A stretch of 64,000 nucleotides of DNA, from NCBI GenBank assembly GCA_963768855.1, contig CAVYJM010000011.1:363331-427330 (forward strand), given 5' to 3'. Numbering within the stretch: the stretch's first letter is position 1; every line of letters begins with the position of its first letter. Positions 1 to 8,804 of the stretch are shown here, one piece after another. Source of the stretch: an uncultured Thermoplasmata archaeon (lineage in GTDB: Archaea; Thermoplasmatota; Thermoplasmata; RBG-16-68-12). A program made the translations under genes and the position numbers. Under the pieces are notes generated by a model. It saw only the letters and a list, made by a program, of their open reading frames with translations, was not told the DNA's origin and searched no databases.

Positions 1-139
1 GGCGTCCCGCCGGTGAGAACCGCTAGGAAGGTTTCAAGACACCTAAATCACATCGACCAGGAGATAGCATAGGCCCGCCGGGTCGTCCGGGAGAAGCCGA
101 GGTGCCCCTCCCGCCGCTCCTGCGGAGAGGGACGCTACG

Positions 140-976
140 ATGAAGATCCTGATCGCGGACGACGATGAGCTGCTGCGGGAGCTCTTGGCGGAGTTCCTTC
201 GGGACCACGGCCACTCGGTCGATCTCGCGAACGATGGGACCGAGGCCCTCGAACGTCTGCGCACAGGCTCGTACGAGGTTGCGTTCCTCGACTACGCCAT
301 GCCTGGCATGTCCGGAATGGAGGTCATCCGCGCCGCGCGCGAGGCGGTTCCGCAAACGGCCTGCGTGATGATGACCGGGCACACGAGCGTCACGACGGCC
401 GTGGAGGCGATCAAGTCCGGAGCGAGTGACTTCGTCGCAAAGCCGCTCGAACCAGAGGCGATCGACCGCGTCCTGGAGAGCGTGAAGACGGCCACCCGAG
501 CGCGGGAGGCGGCCGGGGTACGCTCCCGCGCGAGCGGTCTCTCCCGCCAGCCCGAGATTCGCGCCGCCTTCCTCACCGACCACGCAGGCCTCCTCATCGC
601 CTCCCGGGTGGACCCGGAAGAGGGCATGGTGGACGGGGATCTCTTCAGCGCGACGCTCGACGTCATCCAGAACTTCATGCGCACTTCCTTCCCGGTGCTC
701 CGCGGCCGCTCCCTGTCGGCCATCCACCAGGGCGACTGCACCCTCGTGCTCGAGCCCGGCGACCAGGCGCTCCTCACGGTCCTCGTCCAGGGGCGGGAGA
801 CCGAGTCCCTACGGCGTCGGATGCGGAAGGTCCTGCGGGACTTCGAGGTCCAGAACGAAGGGCGACTCCAAGCCGGTCTCGTCCACACGGACGCGGTCCG
901 TGGAGCGGAGGAGCTGATGTCGAGGATCATGGTCAGCGGCGATTCGCACTCCGCCCGGCCACCGCGCGCCCCCTAG
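140..976 (+). CDS. Response regulator: REC domain fused to a longin/roadblock-like C-terminal domain
   Basis: REC motifs ILIADDD, FLDYAMPGMSG (phosphoacceptor Asp) and FVAKP. C-terminal DLFSATLDVIQNFMRTSFP domain is shared with the genes at 9878 and 11058. Confidence 0.85.
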   Translation: MKILIADDDELLRELLAEFLRDHGHSVDLANDGTEALERLRTGSYEVAFLDYAMPGMSGMEVIRAAREAVPQTACVMMTGHTSVTTAVEAIKSGASDFVAKPLEPEAIDRVLESVKTATRAREAAGVRSRASGLSRQPEIRAAFLTDHAGLLIASRVDPEEGMVDGDLFSATLDVIQNFMRTSFPVLRGRSLSAIHQGDCTLVLEPGDQALLTVLVQGRETESLRRRMRKVLRDFEVQNEGRLQAGLVHTDAVRGAEELMSRIMVSGDSHSARPPRAP

Positions 977-1971
977 AGGCGAAGGTGGAGAGCCGCGAGG
1001 ACCTCTTCGATCGGGTTCAGGATCGTCGTCGTGGCCCCGCCGGCGAAGAGCAGGCCGACGGCCCGGTTGGCGTCGTCGAGGATGAGGGATCCGCTGTCGC
1101 CGCCTCGGGACAGGATGTCGCCCACGACCTGGCGCCGGAAGAGGGCGGTCTTCCCGCCGTAGTCGACTTCGACGGAGGCGTCCAGCGCCGTGATCCGACC
1201 CCGCGTCAACCCGGTCGTGCGCCCGCTCTTCTTGACCCGCGTGCCGATTTCCGCTTGGGCGGTCCCCGAGACCCGCCCCACTTCGAGGATGTCCGGGGCC
1301 ACGAGGTCCGTTGCGAGCGGCCGGGCCAAGGCCGCATCGACCACGTTCGTGTTCGCGGATGGCAGGCGGCGCACCCCGAGCCCGATGGGCGCCAGGAGTG
1401 GTCCGAGCGCCCGTTCCAGGAGGCGTCCCAGTCCGCCCAGATCCTGCTCGCGAAACTGGATCGGGACGAACTCGACGAGCTCCGCGATCGCATCCTGCGG
1501 ACGCCCTCCGTCGTACGGACCGGGCTGAAGGATTCGGTCGCCCACCTTGGCCTCGTTGCTGTTTGCGAGCACGTGGTTGTTCGAGAGGATGACCGCCTCG
1601 CCCGACGTCCGCCGCGCGAGGACGCCCAGCGTCCCTGCGGTGACCCGCTCATGGGCGATGCTCACGCCGCCCGGCGCGGGCCGGACCTTGGCGGTGTGAC
1701 TCACCGCGAGCGTCTCGAGGAGGGGCAGGGCCCGGAACCGCCCGGTCTCCACGACGTCCGTCCGGATGCCGTCGAGGGCCTTCGGCACGAGGTCCCTCCG
1801 CCGCAGGCGGTCCTCGTCCTCCTTATGGTCCACATAGACGACGACGCACGGCTCGTCGCTCTCGCGACCTCCGGTGACCTTGCGGCCCACCGCCACGCCG
1901 ACCACGTTCGCGCGGTCGAAGAGCTCCGCCTCGTACGCGGCCTTCGCCTCGCGTGCCCCGTCGAAGGCCAT
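973..1971 (-). CDS. Trypsin-like (S1/Nal1-like) serine protease, no signal peptide
   Basis: Catalytic triad motifs SNNHVLA, VDAALA and GDSGS. N-terminal VVGVAVGRK...VVVYVDHK prodomain. Confidence 0.8.
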   Translation of the reverse strand: MAFDGAREAKAAYEAELFDRANVVGVAVGRKVTGGRESDEPCVVVYVDHKEDEDRLRRRDLVPKALDGIRTDVVETGRFRALPLLETLAVSHTAKVRPAPGGVSIAHERVTAGTLGVLARRTSGEAVILSNNHVLANSNEAKVGDRILQPGPYDGGRPQDAIAELVEFVPIQFREQDLGGLGRLLERALGPLLAPIGLGVRRLPSANTNVVDAALARPLATDLVAPDILEVGRVSGTAQAEIGTRVKKSGRTTGLTRGRITALDASVEVDYGGKTALFRRQVVGDILSRGGDSGSLILDDANRAVGLLFAGGATTTILNPIEEVLAALHLRL

Positions 1972-1975
1972 GCGA

Positions 1976-2266
1976 TCACTTCTCGTGGGAGCGGAACGCG
2001 CTGATCTCCAGGAGGCCTTCGCCGAGCTTCCCGCCCGCGGTGATCCCCGCGACCCGGACGATCATGTTCGCGACGAAGCCCAGGAAGATGCCGATGCCGT
2101 AGTACGCGAGCAGGTCCTTCGCGTACAGCCACGAGATCAGGCTCACGCCGAACCCGATCACGAAGAACGCGGCGAACGCGCCCCACTGGACCTTGTACCT
2201 CCGCACCGCGAAGAGGAGGAACCAGCCCAGGACCGAGCCCATGAGCAGGATGCCGACTTGGTTCAC
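1976..2266 (-). CDS. Small 3-TM membrane protein, apparently co-transcribed with the protease
   Basis: 96 aa with three hydrophobic segments. Stop codon lies 4 nt before the protease ATG. Confidence 0.7.
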   Translation of the reverse strand: MNQVGILLMGSVLGWFLLFAVRRYKVQWGAFAAFFVIGFGVSLISWLYAKDLLAYYGIGIFLGFVANMIVRVAGITAGGKLGEGLLEISAFRSHEK

Positions 2267-2502
2267 ATCGATCGAGATCCCTCCGGATGGGGTCGCCGAG
2301 TCGACGGACGTTGGATAAACGGACCTCCGCGGTTCTCATGCGCAGTAACCGCGGCGCGTCCGGCTGCCGATATCCGACAACCTCTGGCACCGCGTCTTGA
2401 GGCCCTCTCGCAACCCGCGCCGAAGCCGGCGCACTCCCTGCCGGTCAGTAGCGGCGTCCCGAAATCCTGAAGCTTTCTCAACATCCTCCGGGCGTCGGAG
2501 GG

Positions 2503-3594
2503 TTGCCCACGTCTGCATCCCGATTCTGTCCGAACTGCGGCCGGCCCCTGTCTCCCGAACACCGATTCTGCCCGGCGTGCGGAACCGCCACGGGAGGCGC
2601 GGCCGCGACGCCGATTGCCGCTCCGCCCGCGGCGCCTCGTCCCGCTTATCCGCTATACCCTGGGTATCCGCCGTATCCCGCCTATCCACCAGGCTACTGG
2701 CAGCCGCGCCGGATGGCAGACTTCTCCAACATGTTCTCCGGCGTCTTCAACGTCTGGACGAAGAACTTCCTCGAGTTCTTCGTCGTCTACGTCCTCCTGG
2801 CGGCCGTGATCCTGGGCCTCACCGACTTGGGCGGGATTCTCCTCCTGCACACGCCGGTCCTCAGCGGAGCATTCGGTGGGGTCACGACCGTGCCCAGTTT
2901 CACGAGCCTCGACCTCGGCGCGTTCGTTGCCTACGAGCTTCTCGTCGCCCTCGTCTCCTGGTTCTTCGGGAGCATCGCGATCGGGTCGATGACGGACTTC
3001 TCAGTGCGACGGTACCGGGGCGAGAAGGTCCGGCTCGGTGAGTCCTTCTCCCGCGGGTTTCAGAGGTTACCGAGCGTGCTCGGTGCCAACTTCCTCGTGA
3101 CCCTCGCGACGACCGGAGCGATTGTTCTCCCGCTCTTCGTCGCGCTCATGGGCGTCCTTTCGTTCGCCACATCGCCGGGCGTCGCGGTCGGCGTCCTGTG
3201 CGGCTTCGTCGTCGCGCTACCCTTCCTCCTGGTCCTCATCCTGTACCTGCTGCTCTCCCTCTTCCTGTACGGACCCGCGATTATGGTGGAGGGTGCGGCC
3301 GCCGTGGACAGCCTCCAGCGCAGCTGGACCCTCACGAAAGGGTACAAATGGTCCATCTTCGGGACCGCCCTGATTCTGGGCATCCTGTCGGTTCTCTTCT
3401 CGGTCGTCGCTTTCGTCGTTGGGCTCGTGGCGGCGAACGGACTGGTCACCCTGGTGGCTTCCATCCTGCTGAGCGGCCTTACGGGAGGCTGGTTCACGAT
3501 TCTGGCGGCGGTCGTGTACCACCTGATCATCCAGGATCAGAGGGCTGCGCCGTGGCCCTGGCCGTATCCGCCTGCGCCCGTCCCGCCGCGGTGA
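2503..3594 (+). CDS. Zinc-ribbon plus multi-pass membrane protein
   Basis: N-terminal CPNC-x10-CPAC, a Pro/Tyr-rich linker, then about 6-7 TM segments. TTG start. Confidence 0.75.
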   Translation: MPTSASRFCPNCGRPLSPEHRFCPACGTATGGAAATPIAAPPAAPRPAYPLYPGYPPYPAYPPGYWQPRRMADFSNMFSGVFNVWTKNFLEFFVVYVLLAAVILGLTDLGGILLLHTPVLSGAFGGVTTVPSFTSLDLGAFVAYELLVALVSWFFGSIAIGSMTDFSVRRYRGEKVRLGESFSRGFQRLPSVLGANFLVTLATTGAIVLPLFVALMGVLSFATSPGVAVGVLCGFVVALPFLLVLILYLLLSLFLYGPAIMVEGAAAVDSLQRSWTLTKGYKWSIFGTALILGILSVLFSVVAFVVGLVAANGLVTLVASILLSGLTGGWFTILAAVVYHLIIQDQRAAPWPWPYPPAPVPPR

Positions 3595-3634
3595 AGCCTG
3601 AAGGGTAAAGAACCCGGGCCGCGCTCTCAGCGAC

Positions 3635-4561
3635 GTGCCCTGCAACCGGTGCGACACGCCCGCGGTCCTCTTCATCCGGTACAGCGGCGCCCACCTGTGC
3701 GCCAAGCATTTCCAGGAATACGTGGAGCACCGCGTGAAGCAGGAGATCCGCCGCGAGCTTGACCTGACGGGCGACCCGACGACGATCGCGGTCGGGCTCT
3801 CCGGCGGCAAGGACAGCAGCACGACCCTCGTACTCCTCCATGAGTACCTGGGCCGCCGGCCGGACGTGACCCTCGCGGCGATCACGGTCGACGAGGGCAT
3901 CGCGGGCTACCGGCCTCCGAGCCTGGAGTCGGCGCGCGCCCTCTGCGAAAACCTGGGCGTCCCGCATCACGTGATTGCCTATCGGGAGAGCCAAGGATTC
4001 GAGATGGACCGAGTGGTCCGCGTCGATCCAGACGCGATCCCGTGCAGCTACTGCGGCGTCTTCCGTCGGGCCGCGCTGAACGAGAAGGCCAAGGAGATCG
4101 GCGCAAACTTCCTCGCGACGGGCCTCAACCTGGACGACACGGCCGAGTCCATCCTGATGAACGTGGCGCGGGGCGACGTGGAGCGCCTCGCCCGCCTCGG
4201 CCCGCACGAGCATGTCCAGCCCGGTCTCGTCCCGAGGCTCCAGCCCCTGCGGATGATCCCCGAGCTCGAGGTCTACCTGTACGCGTACCTGCGGAAGATC
4301 CCGTTCCACGATGCGGAGTGTCCGTATGCCGCGAGGGCGCAGCGCGGACGGTTCAAGGAGATCGTGCACCGCCTCGAGGCGGAGAGCCCGGGGACACGCC
4401 ACGCGATCGTGCGCGGCTACGACGAACTGAGGCCGGTTCTCCTGTCCGCGTGGCCTCCCGCGACCCTCCGCACGTGCACGAGTTGCGGCGAGCCGACAGT
4501 CCACGAGATGTGCAAGGCGTGCGAGCTCCGGCTGCACCTCGAGTCGCTCGCCGGTGCGTGA
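3635..4561 (+). CDS. tRNA 2-thiolation protein, NcsA/TtuA family (TIGR00269-like)
   Basis: PP-loop SGGKDS, CSYCGVFRR, and N- and C-terminal CxxC zinc sites. Confidence 0.9.
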   Translation: MPCNRCDTPAVLFIRYSGAHLCAKHFQEYVEHRVKQEIRRELDLTGDPTTIAVGLSGGKDSSTTLVLLHEYLGRRPDVTLAAITVDEGIAGYRPPSLESARALCENLGVPHHVIAYRESQGFEMDRVVRVDPDAIPCSYCGVFRRAALNEKAKEIGANFLATGLNLDDTAESILMNVARGDVERLARLGPHEHVQPGLVPRLQPLRMIPELEVYLYAYLRKIPFHDAECPYAARAQRGRFKEIVHRLEAESPGTRHAIVRGYDELRPVLLSAWPPATLRTCTSCGEPTVHEMCKACELRLHLESLAGA

Positions 4562-4573
4562 TCGTCACGCGCC

Positions 4574-5872
4574 TCAGCGGTGCAGCGCCATCGTCGCGGC
4601 GCGTGAGCGACCGACGGACGCGATGTCGACGCGAACCTTGAGCGCCGACTCCAGGTACGCCAGGTAGCGGCGCACCGGGGGCGGGAGCGCCCGCGAGCCC
4701 TTCTTCGCGATTCGGATCCAATCATCCTCAGGGAGTTCGGGCCAGCCCTTGAAGTCGCGGTACACGGGTTCGGCCTCCGCGAGGACCTTCGTCGAGGCGG
4801 GGAACTCCTTCACGGTCGTCCCGTGGTGGCGGTACGCCGTGCAGACCCGGATCCGGTCGAGACCGCCGAGCACGTCGAGCTTGGTCACCGCGAGACCCGT
4901 GAGCCCGTTCACCCGCACGGCCGCGCGGAGCATGACGAGGTCGATCCATCCGACCCGCCGCGGCCGATGCGTCGTCGTCCCGTACTCGCCTCCCCCGGTC
5001 TCTCGGAGATGGGTGGCCACGTCATCCTGTTGTTCCGTGGGAAAGGGCCCCGCGCCGACGCGGGAGGTGAACGCCTTCGCGACGCCGAGGATCGTGTCGA
5101 GGTATCGGGGGGAGACGCCCGCGCCGGTCGCCGCCGCCCCCGCGGTACAGTTGCTCGAGGTGCCGTACGGGTAGATGCCGTGGTCGATGCAGAGGAGCGT
5201 CCCCTGGGCGCCCTCGAAGAGGACCCGCTTGCGCCGCTTCAGCATCCCGTCCAGGAGCACGGAGGTGTCCGTGACGAAGGGCGCGAGCCTCTTGCCGTAC
5301 AGCGCGTACTCCGTGTAGATCGCCTCGAGGTCGAGGACGTCCGTGCCGCCGTAGGCCTGGATGAGCCGCTGCTTGATCGGGACGACGAGGGAGAGCCTCT
5401 CGCGCAGGGCGTCCGGATCCACGAGGTCGCACATCCGCAGGCCCCACTTGCCCACCTTGTCCTCGAACACGGGCGCGATCCCGCGGCGCGTGCTCCCCGC
5501 GGCGAGGCTGCCCTTGAGGCCCTCCTCGAGCCCGTCGAGGATCTTGTGGTACGGCATGACGACGTGCGCGCGGTCGGAGATGCGGAGGTTCTTCGCCGGA
5601 TGCCCGCGCGCCTCGACCTCGTCGATCTCCGCGAGGAGCTGCCCCGGTTCCACGACGACGCCGCCCGCGATCACGTTCAGGGTGCGGGGTCGCAGGATCC
5701 CGGACGGCATGAGGTGGAACGCGTAGAGCTCGTCGCCCACCTGGACCGTGTGCCCGGCGTTCGCTCCGCCCTGAAAGCGAACCACGACGTCGGCCCGCTC
5801 CCCGAGGAAGTCGATGATCTTCCCCTTGCCTTCGTCCCCGAATTGGCAGCCCAAGACTACCGTGGCGGGCAT
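4574..5872 (-). CDS. purA: Adenylosuccinate synthetase
   Basis: GCQFGDEGKGK, RFQGGANAGHT, FEGAQG and EYGTTTHRPRRVGW motifs. Start moved to ATG 5872. Confidence 0.97.
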   Translation of the reverse strand: MPATVVLGCQFGDEGKGKIIDFLGERADVVVRFQGGANAGHTVQVGDELYAFHLMPSGILRPRTLNVIAGGVVVEPGQLLAEIDEVEARGHPAKNLRISDRAHVVMPYHKILDGLEEGLKGSLAAGSTRRGIAPVFEDKVGKWGLRMCDLVDPDALRERLSLVVPIKQRLIQAYGGTDVLDLEAIYTEYALYGKRLAPFVTDTSVLLDGMLKRRKRVLFEGAQGTLLCIDHGIYPYGTSSNCTAGAAATGAGVSPRYLDTILGVAKAFTSRVGAGPFPTEQQDDVATHLRETGGGEYGTTTHRPRRVGWIDLVMLRAAVRVNGLTGLAVTKLDVLGGLDRIRVCTAYRHHGTTVKEFPASTKVLAEAEPVYRDFKGWPELPEDDWIRIAKKGSRALPPPVRRYLAYLESALKVRVDIASVGRSRAATMALHR

Positions 5873-6072
5873 GGCCGTCCTCGCCGAGAGGATGACCTGG
5901 GAGATAAGGAGCTTTCGCCCTCCATCGCCCGGCCGAGCGCCGCGGGTGAAAACGGAACATACTCCGGTCCGCCTACCGAATGTATTTATCCGCAGCAACC
6001 GTTCGCCGTCCCACACCGCTCGGGCCGGGGGGTGCGGGTTCCACGTCGGAGTACATACCACTGGACAGTCGA

Positions 6073-6768
6073 GTGCCCACGCGCGTCGCCGGCCTCGATG
6101 ACCGGCTCGGTGGCGGCATCCCCCGGGGTCACATCGTCCTCGTCGCCGGCCCGCCCGGATCGCTCAAGTCCACGTTCGCGTACCGGATCCTGTACCAGGA
6201 AGCGAAGGAGCACGGCGCCTCCTGCCTCTATCTCTCGATGGAGCAGAGCCGCGCCTCCCTCATCGCGCAGATGACCTCCCTGGGGATGGACCCGGAGCAG
6301 GTCAAGGGCGTCCACATCATCGACGTCCGCGCCCTCCGCAAGGAGATCGAGGACCTCCGGGAACAGCCGCGGTGGCTCCTCGGCCTGCGCCGCCAGCTCG
6401 GCCGCTACAAGGAGGAGATGGGCTGCGACCTCCTCGCGATCGACAGCCTCGACGCGCTCTACGCGCTCACGCCGATGGAGAACCCGCGCAACGAAGTGTT
6501 CCATTTCTTCGAGGAGTTGCGGGAGCTCCAGGCAACGACCTTCCTCGTCTCGGAGATGGGCCGCGACGACGTGCGCCTCTCGCACTACGGCGTCGAGGAG
6601 TTCCTCGCGGACACGATCGTCCACCTGCGCCTCCGGGAGATCGACATCGGGATGAGCACCTCCGTCCGCCGATACATCGGCGTGGTGAAGATGCGCGGCG
6701 TGGACCACGACCTCGACTACTATCCGTTGCTCATTGAGGACGGCGGCTTCGAGATCGTGTCGGAGTGA
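6073..6768 (+). CDS. RAD55/KaiC-like ATPase (single domain)
   Basis: TRVAGLDDRLGGGIP, Walker A GPPGSLKST, Walker B LAIDSLD and C-terminal VVKMRG. Start at GTG 6073 inferred. Confidence 0.9.
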   Translation: MPTRVAGLDDRLGGGIPRGHIVLVAGPPGSLKSTFAYRILYQEAKEHGASCLYLSMEQSRASLIAQMTSLGMDPEQVKGVHIIDVRALRKEIEDLREQPRWLLGLRRQLGRYKEEMGCDLLAIDSLDALYALTPMENPRNEVFHFFEELRELQATTFLVSEMGRDDVRLSHYGVEEFLADTIVHLRLREIDIGMSTSVRRYIGVVKMRGVDHDLDYYPLLIEDGGFEIVSE

Positions 6769-6789
6769 GACCACGCGCGGGGTGGGACC

Positions 6790-8541
6790 GTGAACCTCCT
6801 CGGTGCGGCTCTCTCCCTGGCGGCCTTGGGCGTCAGCGCGTTCCTCGCGGTGTACGTCCTCGGGATGCACCCGCGCTCGTTGCCGAGCCGCGCCTTCTTC
6901 GCCCTCATGATGACGTTCGTGTGGTGGGACGCCTGCGAGGCGGTCGAGCGGGCGCTGCCCGCCGGGACCACGCCGTCCGCGGCCTTCCCGTGGACTCAGG
7001 GCGTGTGGCTCGGGATCAGCGCGGTGCCCGCCGCCCTGATGCAGCTCGCCCTCGTGTACCCGGAGCGGCGACCCTGGTTCCGGCGCGAGTACCTCCCGCT
7101 GATCTACGCCCCCGTGGTCGGGTGGGCCTACCTGATCTTCGGGACCCGCCATCTGATCGCCGGTGTGGCGGAGGGGCCCCTCGGTCCCGGCGCAGTCGTC
7201 GGGGATAGCTACCTCCCCCTCGCTTCGGTCTACGCGGCCTGGTTCTACCTCAGCGTCGTCCTGTTCGCCGTGAACTGGTGGCGTCTGCGCGGGAGCAACC
7301 TCCGCCAGATGCAGGGCGTCGTCGTCCTCGGCCTGCTGGTCGGGTCCGTCCCCGCCGGCGTGACGGAGATCTTCTGGCCCCTGATCGACGGATTCTCGGT
7401 CCGCCTGGGGCTGGGGTCCCTCTATACGCTCGTCTGGTCCATCTTCCTCGCGTTCGCCATCGCGCGCTACCGCTACCTGGTCATCGAGCCCGTGACGGAG
7501 TCGCTCGGCGCGACGCGTGCCCGCCATCCGCTCTCCCGCGGGTTCAACTACCTCGTTCTGGAGCCGGGCCGGGCCGCGGGGATGGGGGCGTTCCGCGAGA
7601 TCGTCTCGACGACGCCGGGGTTGTGCGTGACGGGCCTCGCGCCGGCTCGGATCGCCGAGCGGTTCGGGCTCGAGCGGACGCCCGTCCTGTGGATCACGAC
7701 CGTCTCGGGCGAGGGGCGCACGGTCCGCCCGCAGGGGCTCGACTTCGAGCTCGTGCACACGGTCCTGAAGTTCCAGCGGGAGAACCCGGGGACCGCGATC
7801 CTCCTCGACGATCTGGACTACCTGGCCGCGGTGGACGGGTTCGAGGCGGTCGCCCGCTTCCTGAAGCGTGTCGCGAATCAGGCGAGTTCCTCGAGCGGCA
7901 CGCTCATCGTGACGGCGGGCCACGGTACGTTCACGGCGGAGCAGGTCGCGGTGCTCGGCGGTTGCGTCGACCATGTCCTCGACATCCCCGAGACCTCGAA
8001 CGGGACGCTCGCCCCTTCGCGGGGTCACGCCCTCCTCTTCGTGCCGCAACAGGACGTCGGGGGCGTCCTCGCCCTCGTCGGCGCCAGCCGCGGCCTGATC
8101 GTGACCACGGAGCACCCCGCGAAGGCCCGCCGCCGGCTCGGAGAAGGCTTCGACATCCTCTGGATCACGGAGCATCCGGAGGCAGGGATCCTCTGCGCGC
8201 GACCGACGGCGCTCGACACGGAAGCCCGCCGCGCCATCAGCAATCACCTTTCCGCCCATCCGGGATCGGCCGTCGTCCTAGCGGGGCTCGAGCAGCTGTC
8301 CCTCTTCGCGGACTTCCCCGCCCTCCTGTCCTTCGTGAAGGACACGGTCGACGCGGCGTCCCTCCGGGGAAGCCAGGTCATCGCCGCGGTCAGTCCGAAC
8401 GGGCTCCCCGCCCGGGAGGTCGCGATGCTCGCCCGCCGCTTGGATGTTCCCGCGGGCTCTTTTGTCAGGGGTTCTCCGGCTGGAGGGCTGTCCACAGCCG
8501 TTCCTGGAAGTCGAACTCCGATTCGAGGACCCGTTTCATGA
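6790..8541 (+). CDS. HisKA_7TM-like membrane sensor fused to two DUF835 (inactive KaiC-like) domains
   Basis: About 7 TM segments at the N-terminus. Two repeats of the VLWIT...P..L...ILLDDLDYL/VVLAGLEQL...GF pattern. Confidence 0.8.
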   Translation: MNLLGAALSLAALGVSAFLAVYVLGMHPRSLPSRAFFALMMTFVWWDACEAVERALPAGTTPSAAFPWTQGVWLGISAVPAALMQLALVYPERRPWFRREYLPLIYAPVVGWAYLIFGTRHLIAGVAEGPLGPGAVVGDSYLPLASVYAAWFYLSVVLFAVNWWRLRGSNLRQMQGVVVLGLLVGSVPAGVTEIFWPLIDGFSVRLGLGSLYTLVWSIFLAFAIARYRYLVIEPVTESLGATRARHPLSRGFNYLVLEPGRAAGMGAFREIVSTTPGLCVTGLAPARIAERFGLERTPVLWITTVSGEGRTVRPQGLDFELVHTVLKFQRENPGTAILLDDLDYLAAVDGFEAVARFLKRVANQASSSSGTLIVTAGHGTFTAEQVAVLGGCVDHVLDIPETSNGTLAPSRGHALLFVPQQDVGGVLALVGASRGLIVTTEHPAKARRRLGEGFDILWITEHPEAGILCARPTALDTEARRAISNHLSAHPGSAVVLAGLEQLSLFADFPALLSFVKDTVDAASLRGSQVIAAVSPNGLPAREVAMLARRLDVPAGSFVRGSPAGGLSTAVPGSRTPIRGPVS

Positions 8542-8692
8542 AGAGGACGATCTGACCCTGCGGGTCGAGGCCGTTCCGGGCGCAGTACTCGCGGAAGCCG
8601 TGGAGGACCTCCCCCTCGACGCGGATGTTGTACTGCACCTTGGCTTTCCTCGGCGGGGGCGATCCTCGGGGCGCCACGGCCCTCCGAATCAC
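8465..8692 (-). CDS. Ribbon-helix-helix transcriptional regulator
   Basis: VQYNIRV strand followed by two helices (GEVLHGFREYCARNG, PQGQIVLFMKRVLE). Start GTG 8692 or 8677. 3' end overlaps the DUF835 gene. Confidence 0.65.
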   Translation of the reverse strand: MIRRAVAPRGSPPPRKAKVQYNIRVEGEVLHGFREYCARNGLDPQGQIVLFMKRVLESEFDFQERLWTALQPENP

Positions 8693-8700
8693 ACCGCCTC

Positions 8701-8770
8701 TATATCTACATTCTGTAGCATTTGCTATCTTTTTGTTCAAATCGTAGCCATTAAGTAAGTGATAATCACA
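8701..8770. promoter_or_regulatory. AT-rich divergent promoter region with three palindromes
   Basis: CTACA-ttc-TGTAG (8706-8718), TAGCA-tt-TGCTA (8716-8727) and GTGAT-a-ATCAC (8759-8769) in an AT-rich patch between divergent genes. Confidence 0.6.
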
Positions 8771-8804
8771 TCTGGGAACGAGTGGGAGAGGAGGAGACCA
8801 TCGG

